Shown in pieces: positions 38,671-52,068 of a stretch of 64,000 bases of DNA. Source of the stretch: Lingula anatina (Eukaryota > Animalia > Brachiopoda); contig CM120649.1 in NCBI GenBank assembly GCA_051362555.1, positions 7,750,001 through 7,814,000 of the forward strand. Reading direction: 5' to 3'. The position numbers were made by a program, and so were the translations under genes. The first letter of the stretch is position 1; the number at the start of each line of letters is the position of its first letter. The notes beneath the pieces were generated by a model. That model had not been told where the DNA came from. It saw only the letters and a list, made by a program, of their open reading frames with translations, and did no database searches.

Positions 38671-40614
38671 TACGGTGGCCCACAAGTGCACTCCAAATTC
38701 CAAACGACACTCCCAATTCTAAACCTCACACCGAATACTTAAACTTCACTCTCAATTCTTAAACCCCACTCCGAATTCGTAAACCCCACTCCGAATTCGT
38801 AAACCTCACTCCAAATTGAAAAAGCTCACTCCGAATTCGCAAACCTCACTCCGAATTCGTAAAACCGACTCCGAATTCGTATACCTCAGTCCGAATTGAA
38901 AAAGCTCACTCCGAATTCGTAAACCTCACTCCGAATTCGTAAACCTCACTCCGAATTGAAAAAGCTCACTCCGAATTCGTAAACCTCACTCCGAATTCAT
39001 ATTTTACTGCCGTATAAAGTCGGAAGTAATATTCTAAGATGGGCTAGGGGATTTTGTCAATAGAGGGCTTCGTGTGAAAACTAGTTATTTTTCTATTTTT
39101 CATACTACTTGGTGCGCTGTATTCCCATTCACAAAATGATGACGTAGACGTATGACCCTTTTAAGCTCAAGGAAATAGAAGAAATGAAGAAAATAGGGAT
39201 AAACATACATGTACTTAACAGCAAGTCACAATTAAAATATATTATGTTTACGTGTTTTCTTGTGTGTGTCGTTTTAAGGAATTATACATGTATTATGAAT
39301 ATGAGAACAGAATTACGAGTTGAAACAGCGTTGAAAGGAACAGATTTATGCACTACATGTATGTAAATAAACGTGCGTTATTTATTATTTACAACTTCAA
39401 GCATTTTCATATGATTATTTTGAAATGAATGTTTAATACAGATAACATGTTTCAGGGTGTCGACATTGGCTTATATTATTTATAAATGGGCAAAACAATC
39501 CGTATTATCATATACTGTAGGCCTACACATGTACCTGTTATATAACCGAGTATACTTGATAATAGTAATTAGGAGCCCCTCACTCTTTTGCAGCTGAAAT
39601 ATTCATCTAAGATCATAGATAATCTAATAATTGAAATTAATCAGATTAATTACACTTTATTAATCGATTTCGAATGAATAACATGCAGTGGTGGATGGGG
39701 GGGGGGAGGCGTGTGAGGGGGGTCTTGACCCCCCTTTTGAATTCTGTAAAAAAAAATCACACCAATGTTAAAATTAGAATTTTGAATAATAGTTCTAAAA
39801 CGTACCAAATAGCACTGTTCGCCCTATAAGGGGGGGGGGGGGGGGGGGGGGGGCAGCTCTGCATGTGCAGCCTGTCATTCCAAAAAAAAAAAAAATAAAA
39901 AAAAAAAAAAACAGATCCCCCTTCAAATAATCCTGGATCCACCCCTGAAATGTATGGATTATTAGTAGTATCAATCCTATGTTGAGAAAATTGGGAGCAG
40001 TGTCACTTAATTTGTCCTTTTATTTATAATGGTAAACCTGTAAATTGCTTCTTGCCCCCAATTTGTGTCCCTGGCGAGAGAGAGGGTGTGTATGTGTGTG
40101 TGTGTGATTGTGAAAAATACTGAAAATAGCTGGAGAAGTCAATTGACACTTGTGACGTAAACTGTTGGTTTATTTTCGTAAGGTATGTATCACGCAAACC
40201 AAAATGTAACACAATTCGCACTGTTTGCTAAAACTCTCTCGAACCTTTCACTGGAAGCGCCCAGCTAAAAAAAAATTATTTGTCCCAGACGAATTACTGT
40301 TTCATAAGATTTCTCGAAGAGAACTTTGATGAGAATTGGCATAGTGGAATTGGGAGTGAGCTTTTTGAATTCGGAGTGAGGTTTACGAATTCGGAGTGAG
40401 CTTTTTCAATTCGGAGTGAGGTTTACGAATTCGGAGTGAGGTTTGCGAATTCGGAGTGGGGTTTACGAATTCGGAGTGAGATTTACGAATTCGGAGTGGG
40501 GTTTACGAATTCGGAGTGAGGTTTACGAATTCGGAGTGAAGTTTAAGTATTCGGTGTGAGGTTTAGAATTGGGAGTGTCGTTTGGAATTTGGAGTGCACT
40601 TGTGGGCCACCGCA
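38671..40614. mobile_element. Non-autonomous foldback DNA transposon with 21-bp subrepeat TIRs (IS3EU-like)
   Basis: TIR TACGGTGGCCCACAAGTGCACTCCAAATTCC... / ...GGAATTTGGAGTGCACTTGTGGGCCACCGCA; 6-bp TSD GCATAG. Arrays of CTCACTCCGAATTCGTAAAC-type units at 38700-39000 and inverted at 40350-40590. Confidence 0.85.
39686..39947. mobile_element. Small G-run-rich MITE nested in the IS3EU-like element
   Basis: Termini CAGTGGTGGAT / TCCTGGATCCACCCCTG. Confidence 0.55.
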
Positions 40615-42969
40615 GCATAGTCACGCGATATTGAGCGATATTTTCTGGTGACCTACTTAAAAGCAGACAACAACAACACTATATAATAATAATATAAGAT
40701 TTATAAGACATATTCGTCTTATTGCTTAAAATGCGAATATATCTACAATGTGTGCAATTCTGGGCTCTTCGTTATCCGACGCACTGTACAAAAACTCGCA
40801 ACTCACGTCTGCGTATTGCATCACGCGTATGGCGCGAAATGTCATTTTGGTCTCGAATGAACGCGAGTACACGCGTGAGACCCCAACGTCATTGGCAACA
40901 GATGCCTTGACAACCGGGAAGACAGGCATCGAAAGCCCTATTGACAAGCACAGATTTTAGTTTTACTACAATAACAGCTGTTTTAGTGGTAAAATGCAAC
41001 AGAATATATTTCCATGCGTTGTTTAAAATGTATTTCTTGCGGAATTTTGAATATCAAAGGAAGAGTTATTATTGCTTTAAGACGCTCAAAAAAAAAAAAA
41101 TGCACTATACAATGTTATATTCGAAGGAGATTAATTAAAGATCAAATCAGTGATAATTGAATTTTCCAAATGATTAAAATATACCCCAGCTGGGCGTTTT
41201 GCATTTGTGACAGTAATGCATGTTCCATGTTGGGGTTGTACGATGAATTTTTTCATCATTCAAGGTTTCAGGAGAGTGAAACTTTGATACAAACTTCTCC
41301 ATGTGGGACCCTAAAATAACCAAACATTTTGTAATCTGTAAGAACAGTTTGCTATCTGTGCCCAAAATATTTTAAGAGCATGCCTGTGACCTCATTTGCA
41401 GCTCTTTATTGGGTTTGGGAGTTAAAGGTGTTTGTCTTAGATAGGAACCGGGCGCAATTCTTATCAATTTTAAAGTGAAAGGAAGAAGTACGTTCTAAGC
41501 AAGGCATATATTTGGAATAGGAAAAATAACCCACACTTCTGTAGATCTTTAAGTGTATGTAAGCCTTTTGATATGATAAAAGTTAGTCTATATCGTGAAC
41601 GTAAAACATCCATGTTTGTGATGAACTTACCGTGAACTGATTTTAATCGAAATGTTTTTGTGCCGAGACGCCTACTTCGTTTTCCTTACGACGGTTTTCT
41701 GGACAAGAGCCGAACTATTTCTGTGTATTTCTATATCTGTACAGTTGTATGATCAAGTTTAGATGTTAATTTACACAGTCTTTGACATAATTAATATCCA
41801 GCACTGTTTATCAGCCACTGTAAGCGTATTCATGTGCACTGTCTCCGATCCAGACGCAGTATGAAAATGGCGATGACAAATAAAAAAATTAAAAGGGTCA
41901 CATGACTCAAGTCACGTGGGGATTTTGGAAGGGAAACTTTTTCAGTCACATGAAAGCAAAAATACTTTCTGGTGAAACTTATTTTCACCATTGGTTAATG
42001 GATTTGAATATTGAAAGACGCCCAGGTGACCTCCTTATATAATAACCAAAGTAAATGTTTTGTAATACACAGTGGCCTACATATAAGTTGACTTCGATAA
42101 GGATATCGTGTGTTCAAGGTTATCGTATTCTCGTGAGCAAAATGACATCCTTTCTTAGCACATCATTTCAATTTCGCCCCCCCCCCCCCCTACATTGTCA
42201 TTTGGTATATTGCCATGGGACTCACTCCGGGCCTGGTTTTATCTCTTTCTTCCACATTGCTCTGCCCTGAACTGGCGTAGTTAAAGGCACAAATAATAAG
42301 ACTTAAAACACATTTTTGTGCATGGACTGCTTTTTTTTAAATTTATCTGAGAACAATTAAAAGGCTTAAAATATAGAATGACATATTTAATCAATATCAC
42401 ATAATCACATTCAGCATCTCCGGTTGTCAGCCATCTTTACACAGTTTGAAAAGAGCACGATTTACGGAGCGAGAGTCTCGCCATATCTGGAAGTCGAGTC
42501 AATGGAAATTTAAATGAATGGCGAAAATGAAAAACCTCGGCTTGTGCATGGGTTTTGATCTTTGGCTTTTCCAAAAATGTTACAGATGTACATGTATGGC
42601 GAGTGTCAGGAAAGGAAGACCAGAAGTTGGCAAACCCAGCGAAAAATATCGTTTACCCCGAGATATTTCGTTATATATGAAATTTGTCGCCGAATTCATC
42701 TTTTCTGTACCTTTAACAGAAACCTGACATAAAGCAAGAAGAAATGCAATCGTCAGCCGGCTGCCATTTGTTTACGGTACATCAGTACATGGCGCACGTT
42801 GTAAACTACTTTGGGGCACGTGACGTATCTCACACCGTTCATATTTGTCTTTGGAATACAGGTGGCAGTGGTATATCTACATGTATTAAATTTTATTTGA
42901 ATTATAACTTAGCATATTTTAAAATATTGGAAAATTTTACTGTCATTTGGCGTGGGCCACCATTAAAGA

Positions 42970-43462
42970 CAGGCCAACCCAACTATCAGACTTGGCACAT
43001 AAGGATCCTGAATTAACCGGTATATCGGCCCACACTACCCGTTTTCACAGTGTGTGTCCGATCGCATTTCGGAGTATCATACCCGAGAACAAATTTTGTA
43101 GGGCGACCGCGGGCTCATCCTGGTGTTCTGACTGATACTCCGAAATGCGATCTGACACACACCTTGAAAACGGGCAGTGTACTAGGTTCAGCATCCTTAA
43201 AAATCAAATAAAAAGAAAATCATGTTCTGTATTACTTAATGTATTAATAATATAAGAGCATTTCCCCTTAATGTACGGTTTCTAATTTCTATTTAGGGTG
43301 GGTAATATTTAACAATAACATAATGTCCGTTTAAATTATACAGACAAATTACCCAGACGTTAGAAAACAGTGCACACCTATATAAATTTTAGAAAGTAAA
43401 ACAGCCAAGATATTTAACCAACTTTGGTCATAAAAAGTTATGGAAAGGGTAAACTTTTAGCA

Positions 43463-43500
<38 letters not shown>

Positions 43501-44172
43501 GCTGTGTTTTTACTTCAAAGCAATGCTTTTAATGGATTATTCAGAACGAAGTTATTTGGGACGAAGGCACGGCGCATAATTCAATAGACTCTGTGTGATA
43601 GAATTGTTAAATCAAGCACCGACTCTCGCAAGGCCCCCAGTTTATACCTGTATCCGGACGACTGATAACCTGAGGTTTATTGGGGATCACGTTGGAGATA
43701 TAGTCACCCTAGAGACGTGATTATGCACAGATGAATGTTTGCACGAGGGCACACTGCAGATAATTTATAACAAGCGTCGTCTTTATCGGAGAAGCTGAAT
43801 CAAATGATGTATTAATGAAATGTTTACCGACTGTCTGGTAAGGTCGATCATTTAATTTTTGATATGGTGACACTCCGCACGTAGGTCAACTATTTAGGGG
43901 ATCCTTGGTTGTTTCAAGTATCAATAAATTGTGATTAAATGATGCTATGACGTAAGTCTTGACGTTTAAAAAAAAGACGTTCGGCGTAGCTTCTTTTCGG
44001 AGTATCATACCCCAGAACAAATTTTGTAGTACGACCGCGGGCTCATCCTGTCGGTGTTCTGACTGATACTCCGAAATGCGATCTGACACAAACCTTGAAA
44101 ACGGGTAGTGTGGTCCGATGTACCGGTTAATTCAGGATCCTTATGTGCCGAGTCTGGTAGTTGGGTAGGCCT
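42970..44172. mobile_element. Two copies (42970-43198 and about 43995-44172) of a palindromic MITE family; a further fragment at about 17483-17571
   Basis: Shared AGGCCTACCCAACTACCAGACTCGGCAC..GGATCCTGAATT..CACACTACCCGTTTTCAAGG..ATCGCATTTCGGAGTATCA and its reverse complement. Confidence 0.75.
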
Positions 44173-45227
44173 GAAAGAAATGTCGCAGGTATACGTTACC
44201 ATGACTTTTTAGTTTTAAAAATAAGGAACAAAAGATTATTCAATAAGTTTTTACTGCATGTTTTCTTTATTTTCTTTATTTTCTCTACTTTTCTGTTACC
44301 CCTTTTTCATGTATGTAAACATGAAGAAGAAAGGACATGATAGTTCTGAATATATAAATTTCGAATATATTTGTTTTATAAGCAAGGCAGCAAAGTTACT
44401 TAATGTACAGATACAACGTGTGTTTCTAACGCCCTCTACATCTATAGCTTTCTCATTATTAACACTGGTACGGTAAGCTCGAACCTGCAAGATCTGTAAA
44501 CAACAATACCCTCTTTTTACAAAACCCCCGGAAGTTGAAAGCAACGTCTTGGCAGACTAATAAAAACCATTTTGTTCTTTAGGAAGCTTTATAACAAGAA
44601 AGTTACTGAAGATACCATAGCCGAAGGATTGCAATTTGTGTTGCTGGAATTAACTCCGTTGATTCTCATTAAACATACACAGGGGCGGTTCCAGAGATAT
44701 TTTCCCACAGTCTTTCAAATTATCTTTGTTGATCCATCCTTCATTTTTGAACGCATTCTGACAGAAAAATACATAAGATGTAAACTGTAAGCTTTAAAAA
44801 AGTCTGAGCATCTTCCGGAAGACCCAGACGACAGTCTCCGTCCACCCCTTATACATATTTAACACCATACCTGCCGTCTGGCTTGGCCGATTATTTCTGC
44901 GGGGGACAGAACATTTGTCCTGTGAAACTGCCATGATATAACAACCAATGTCCATGCAATAGTGGAATGTCTAACGAATCTTCCAGATAAATTCCAGTCG
45001 TCACATTTATGAATGGTACATGTACAAGTACATCAAGGGACTCATTTAGCAAGCCTTCTTAACTGTACATATAATCCTGCACCCCCTCTTTGTTGGGAAA
45101 TTACGGCCTCTCAGATCAAATAATTAATTACCTTCCCACTTTTTTGTTTTCCGTTTAACTTTACAAAATAAAGTGAAAACGTTTCCTTATCATATAAATG
45201 TACTTCGTCATACATTTCTTCAATGTC

Positions 45228-46765
45228 CCGAAGCGTCTTAAGTTAGTGGTGGATATGTACAGGTTTGATGGCCATGACGACAGACTGGCCAGAGATACAG
45301 AGGATGTTACCATGGTGATGGCAGCCTTTGAGGGTTATTACCACAAGTTCAAGGTCAGGTCACTTTCTTTTATGAAAAGAATTGCATGATTTGTACTAAA
45401 TTGTAAATTCATTTCATAAGTTGAGTTATTTGATTATTTATAGCTTTATTATCTAAATACTTGATAAAGTGAAACTACAATCTGTACATATTACAAGGTG
45501 AATTTAAAGCAGTTATTTCTCACTATTTCTGTCTGATATGTCTGGAGGTCAGTAGCTTTGTATATGACATATTTCAGTATGATATAGTGGGTCATTCAGG
45601 AGATGGGTACAACATCCAGTTTATGTCAGGAGGTCAATAGTTCTATATAAATTATAATATATATTTCAGTATGATATAGTGGGTCATTCAGGAGATGGGT
45701 ACAACATCCAGTTTATGTCAGGAGGAAGGGTACCAGCCAATAACAAGCAAAGATTGGACATTCTAAAGGTTAGGGAGCTTTTTGATACGAAACTTGTATG
45801 CACGAAAAAGATAAATTAGTTTTTATGTGCACACAAATATATGCCCACACACACCACATACACATTTTTGTTTGGGCTGCTTTACTCCAGTAGTAGTACA
45901 TACTCATCTTAATGAAGACTGCAATTATTGACGTAACACTGTTTGTTTTTTTAGAAGATGGTTATTTGTGAAATTTGGTTAGTTCTATAGGTGAAAGTGG
46001 CTGTATGTTGTATTTTGTTTGCAGACAATGGTGGCTCACTCCCAGTTCTGTATCAGTGGAGATCACACACTGGAGGCGACAAAACACGCCATCGAGACGC
46101 TGGCCGAGGAAGAGGCTGATGAACACTTTGTGATTGTTCTCAGCGACGCCAACCTAGGGCGTTATGGGATAGGCCCAAAGAGTTTTACAAATGTCTTAAT
46201 GTCGGACGATAAAGTGAACACCTTTGCCATTTTCATTGGTTCACTTGGTGACCAGGCACAAAGGTTGGCAGCTTTTTATAACTGATATTATTATGGGATG
46301 TAGATTATCATGTCAATTGTAGAAAAACAGTAATAGTATTCATTAAGTTGTTGAGCTTTTGAAAAAATGTTGAGGATAAATAAATGTGGAATGTACCTCA
46401 TACTGACTACATTTATTTTCAAAAATTATACTTTCAAGATGTAAGGATCACATAGATTTATAGTTGTGCCTGGAAATGTACCCCAACCATGATGAATATT
46501 CCTATGTATAGAACAATGAAATTATATTGAGTGCACAAGGTGTAATGTTTGAACATAAAATCTGAGAAGACACCCAGCTGATTCCACAAATGATTACATT
46601 TCTTTCTTTCTTTATTTATTTATAGTAAATACATAATTTATTTTTCAATTTTCCAGGTGGACAAAGCAGCTACCCTCAGGACATGCCTTTGTCTGTATGG
46701 ACACAAAAGACCTGCCTCAGGTTTTACAACAAATCTTTACATCTACCATGTTATCCACGCGGTGA
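45228..46765 (+). pseudogene. VWA8: Duplicated 3' end of VWA8: one degraded partial exon plus three protein-identical terminal exons
   Basis: 45228-45353 lacks its acceptor and has a 12-nt deletion of VSGS plus several replacements. Exons 45670-45768, 46025-46263 and 46657-46765 keep their splice sites and encode the same peptide as copy A. Pseudogene status is uncertain (see findings). Confidence 0.75.
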
Positions 46766-48011
46766 TGATTGCCTCAAATATTACAAATATTATTATTATT
46801 ATTAAATTGTTATAATTATAATTGCCCTGCATTGCCACTGGATCATTAGCGTTTCTGTGATAACTGTTCACCTGCTGAAAACTGGCTTGTTGTGACTTCA
46901 TGTGTGAAGAAATGCACCTCAGAGACATCTTGTGTCAAATGTGGCAGTACACGTTTAGCTTATTGTTTGTTGCAGTATTCAGTGTTGAAAATAGTTGCAT
47001 GGAACTTCAGCTGCTGAGCACAGAGGGTTTGGATTGAAAATAATTTCAGGAAATTTCATCAGATGGTGGCCAGGTTTACGTACTTGTCATCTGCATCCCA
47101 TATCGTGGTCTTGTTTAAGATAACCAGAAACTTGATCAATATAAATTTAAATCTTGTATCTAAAAAGGTGAATTGTTAGAGCAACTTCAATTATACATAT
47201 GATGTGTATTTATAAATCTTGAGGAAGTTTTTAAAGCATGATAATTTATTAGACAATGCAGACAATTGTTAAGGAATGGGAAAGTTTTCAATTATTGTCT
47301 TTTGCATCTCAATGCAAGTATTAAAAAAGATAACAAACATATTTAAAAATCACATTTGTGAAGATAATTCCAATATGTGTCAGATGGTCAGAACAAAGAA
47401 GTGTTTGAGGAGGGTCCCATGGGGGGGGGGGGCACAATAAGGGACCGTTCACCTGGGCAGTACTGAGAATTAATTACAGCTTTGGAAGAATCTGGCTCTC
47501 GCTGCCCGTAATTGGGTATTCAGGGCACAGACCGTGATCACAAGATACTGCAAATAGATTTTTAGAAAATAGATTTTTCATGTTAAAGCAGCCAAAATAA
47601 AACTTAATTTATATCTCACTGATTTATACATGTGTCTCTGACTGCGTTTCATGAAGGGAAAAGAATATGGTAAGGTGGGGATGCTTCATGGATCACACTC
47701 AATTATGTGAATGTTTTACGCATCTTGGGGAAATAAAAACAGGCTTTCAGGGCTAACGAAAATACCCGATGGGACCCTCTTTTAGTGCTGAGAGCAAAAT
47801 AAACTGTAGAGAGGGGTGTTGGTTTCATAGAGAAGAAGTGTACAGATAATCAATGATAATTTATTCAATAAACGAAGTAAACAAGTGGCTCTCATAGTAT
47901 GTAATTGCAGTTTACGTTATCTGATATTAGTGTGTGCATGGATACATGTAGGAGATGGTTAACTCCTCCCTCCGACACCCAGTAATCTGTGCCAGAAGTA
48001 ATCGTACTTTA

Positions 48012-48278
48012 GGCTTCGTTCACATGCAATGTCTATTTTCTAAATTCTATTTTCTATTCGCGCTATCTTATGATCATGGTCTGTGCACTGAATATCCCGC
48101 CGCGTAATTACTGGCAGCGCGAGCCAGTTACTTATAGTAACTTATAGTAACTTATAGTAACTGGCTCGCGCTGCCAGTAATTACGCGGCGGGATATTCAG
48201 TGCACAGACCGTGATCATAAGACATGCCGCAAATAGAAAAAAGAATTTAGAAAATAGACATTGCATGTGAACGAAGCC
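48012..48278. mobile_element. Near-perfect hairpin MITE (Tourist/Harbinger-like)
   Basis: GGCTTCGTTCACATGCAATGTCTATTTTCTAAATTCT / AGAATTTAGAAAATAGACATTGCATGTGAACGAAGCC; TSD TTA. Empty site TACTTTACCCTC at about 17051 in copy A. A related fragment lies at about 47440-47595. Confidence 0.88.
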
Positions 48279-48877
48279 TTACTCTACCCACTACGGTAAC
48301 CGCAGTTATTATTATGTGGATATTTTCGCTGTACAGACAATAACTGATCTGTGAATATCTAGTGAAAAATCAATCCGTGGCCCTTGTAGAGGGTAACTTC
48401 ACTTAGTGACGCGTGCGTGGAGTCCTGTGGGTTTCAATAATAATTAAATTAGTGCATGGATACCCCAGTACTTGTAGGCCAACTACCCCCTACCACGTCA
48501 AAGTACCTGTGCCTATACCGGTAGTAAAATCAAGTTCCATTATTTAAAAAGACTGCTGTTCCGGGTTTTCTCCTTGTTTATCTACAGAAACAAACTTTTC
48601 AATATTGCTCAAATTCTCTCTAATGGATATCTGCTTGATGGCTGTTTAAATTTTAAATGTCGCCATTAAGTAGGCAAGTTAGCGCGTGGATGTAGTTTAG
48701 CGATTAAATACATTTGATTTGCATTTTATACATGGTATTTGGGTCGCCAAGAGATCTCTCAGTATGTCCCATGCAATGGGTGTGAGTGTATTAATTTCTC
48801 TTTACACTTAAGCAGCGCCAAGCAAGCGAATGTCTTACGAAAGTACTATTTAAGTTCTAAGTGATCCGTGTGAGGTA

Positions 48878-49047
48878 ATGGACAGCGATATGCATCTTAC
48901 GCGGGTAAACGTCTTTCAAACTGTGGTCGTGGTATTCTGTATATTAGTGTTGCTATTTGTCTTCACCTGGAGTCCTGGCATGGAAGTTGTGAGCAAGGGT
49001 GGAGGGACAGGTAGATCTCTCTCTCTCTCTCTCTCACATACACACGT

Positions 49048-49106
<59 letters not shown>

Positions 49107-49116
49107 TACACACGTG

Positions 49117-49152
<36 letters not shown>

Positions 49153-50452
49153 TACACACACACACACGAGCGCGCGCGCGCACACACCTTTCTCTCTTAA
49201 ATGCAAAGCTAAACACAGGTGCCAACGTCAATAACATTAGCGTAAAACATTAAAACAGTTTTTTCGCTCAATGCCCTTCTTGACCTAAAGCTATTGTCGA
49301 ATATTGAAAACATTATCATTAGGAGAATAGATCTCTTGTCTTGTTTCAGAAAACACGATCTCCACGAGAAAGCCAATGCAGGACAATAATCTGAATAGGT
49401 TAAGTGGTCGGGTATGCTTTTGATTATATTTCTATAGATGTAGATTAAGTCGGATAATTATTTATAAAATGCAAATTAACATGTTCCTTTCCTTAAAATT
49501 CGTACACTACTGCGTATGATGAGATTGACGAACGCTATAGGTCTATGCTGCAGTACATCTTTTACGAAAATGACACTTCAGCTTTTATCATTTTCAGTAC
49601 TTTTCGTGGGCGGAAGTGCCTCTCAGTTGGCAAAATATCATGCAAGCAAGGAGAAAAATTCTACAAGACGCATGTCCAAAAAATACCAAAAAAGCACATG
49701 CCACAAACGCAAGCAGTATTCTGGCTGGTCGTCCATTTCTGTGGGTAGACGACAGACACAGTCTGATTTACTGTGAAATACCAAAAGTGGGCTGTACGAA
49801 CTTTAAACGTTTGATGTATGGGCTCACGGCCAACGCAGATATTACAGAATACAAAGACATTGGGGCGTATGATGTGCACTATAAATATCAGAAGTTTTTG
49901 GTGCCCCTGTCTGACTTTTCCGAATTTGGGATCAAGTTCCGTCTTGCAAACTATCTGAAAGTTGTTCTTGTGAGGCATCCATTTGAAAGACTAGTGTCTG
50001 CTTACAGGAACAAATTAGAGAAACTCAGCGCTTTTTCACGTCAAATTGGGGCCTATATCAAACCTTTCATGAGATCCCCGGGGATGAAGAGCGCGCCGCA
50101 AGAAGGGGACGGAATTTCATTTGCTGCGTTCGTCAAATACATTAATGTCTATTCTCAGCTTTCTACTAAACCGTTCAACCCGCACTGGAGAACTTATAAC
50201 GAGTTGTGTAATCCATGTGACGTCAAATATGACGTCATTGTGCGATACAAAACTATCCAACATGATGTCAGCATGTTGCTTAAACTGTTGCGCGTGGCTG
50301 AGAAGTTCAAGTACCCTGATGGTGACATGTCATCTGTGTCGTCTGCAGGAGTTTGGAGGTCCTATTTCGCCAACGTGCCCTCTTCAGATCTCAACGAACT
50401 GAAGGGAATTTACAAACTAGACGCTAAATTGTTCAACTACACTTTCAATTAA
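48878..50452 (+). CDS. Carbohydrate sulfotransferase (CHST11-like), copy B, intact
   Basis: Exons 48878-49010, 49350-49411 and 49598-50452 join in phase; same PAPS-binding motifs as copy A. Confidence 0.92.
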
Positions 50453-52068
50453 GATCTAATGCAGCTTACAAATTTAAAAAAGAAGAGTTTAAAAAAAGGA
50501 AGTGAGATCAGATCGATCTTTTTACTAGGCCTACTACATACAGTAGAGCTTTTTCACCGCATTCAAACCTATACATTATTTATGTCTCCTCATTAACCCA
50601 ACCCGACTGCCAGTTTTACACGTCCCTTCAAACAGGCTTACGTTTCCTGTAAGCTAACCATAATGTAAAACCTTTTGTGATCTTATGCCGTCACCGATTA
50701 TATAGCAGAAATGACAAGAGGAAAGTTCAAATATTCAGAGCATCTGTCTGGTAGGCCTATGTGTATAAAAATCGCATCGGTTGTTTAACCTTAGAGTTTA
50801 AAATCCTGCGGGTGTGCGCAGGAGAATGCATCCGCTTTCGTCGCTATTTAGATTCTCTAGAATACCTGGCGACCAATATTTGCACCCTCGTCATCTAGAA
50901 AACAACCGCGTGGGGGTCAGTGTGTCATAAGCACCACCAACACAATATGACACCAGACGCGGAGTGAGGTAGACAAAGGTTAAGTTTTCAAACAATCTAT
51001 TCTTCTAATAGATGTTCTTTCTGTTTTTTGTTGTTTATGGCACGTTTAAAGTGAAATAGGACTTTGGAGTTCAAAACTATCCTCAGATTGTTTACAATGA
51101 AGATTTTTTTATCCTTCTCTGAATTTTATTTTCTAATCTCTCTAAATCATTTAACGGAAAAGAATGCACGGAAAGCTCGTTTGAAAGGTGGGGCAAATGA
51201 TTTTACTGCAAAATACGCGGTAAAAAGAAGTCGACCGCTTCATTGATGTAGTGTTTTTGGCCTCACTGATGAAGTATCTTCGTCTATCCTTTGCCATTCA
51301 AAAGATCACGCTACAATTTGTCTATGATTTCGTTTCAATTTTTGTTTGTTCTTTAAAATGGCCATTATGTTATTTTCGAGTCCCCCGTATATTTTACAAC
51401 TTATGCACCAGCATAAGCGAAACACCTGTTGTCAATCAATGAAAAAATCATTTTCATACAATGCATTTTTTATTATCATATTTTACAATTTATAACACCT
51501 TGTACACAATGGCAAAATATACCATTTAGTAGTAATACAAGATGATTTGCACCAAGGGATTGTACATATAATGTCACAGATGTATTTTAAATGCTAAATA
51601 TTACTAATAACTAGTATCTTCCAGCATTAAATAAGACAATCACATTTACTGAACATGACGACAACACATATTCGTAAAGGTAAATTACAAACATCAGAAA
51701 CGTTATATAGTATTAATAAAATACAGTCTTCAAAATACATAAACAGCCTCCGCAACATGCAACGATACATGTTCTTTAGGTAAAATACAATAGTACTAGT
51801 GGATAACCTTATTTCGCATCAGATACCTCATCGATATGGTAAAAACACACGACATGATATACTGGCTTCTGATAATCACGACATCTATTGTACAATTTAT
51901 TACATGGCTTTGACTGGGTTCCCATAACTCTATCGTACTAGCAGTTTCGATCTAATTCAGAAGAGATTCTCGCTAAATTGCACTCAGTTTAAGCGGCTTA
52001 AATGTCTGTCACGCCTACTGAAGCTGCAAGGAGGTAATAAACTTTTGTGCACGCTTAACCTCATATAT

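Noticed and set aside
38700-39000. 21-bp repeat array resembling a CRISPR or iteron array
   Set aside because: No unique spacers and no cas genes; it is mirrored at 40350-40590 as part of a TIR in a eukaryotic context.
42281-42966. Possible Kolobok-type MITE (TTAAAGG... start)
   Set aside because: I could not find a convincing matching right TIR.
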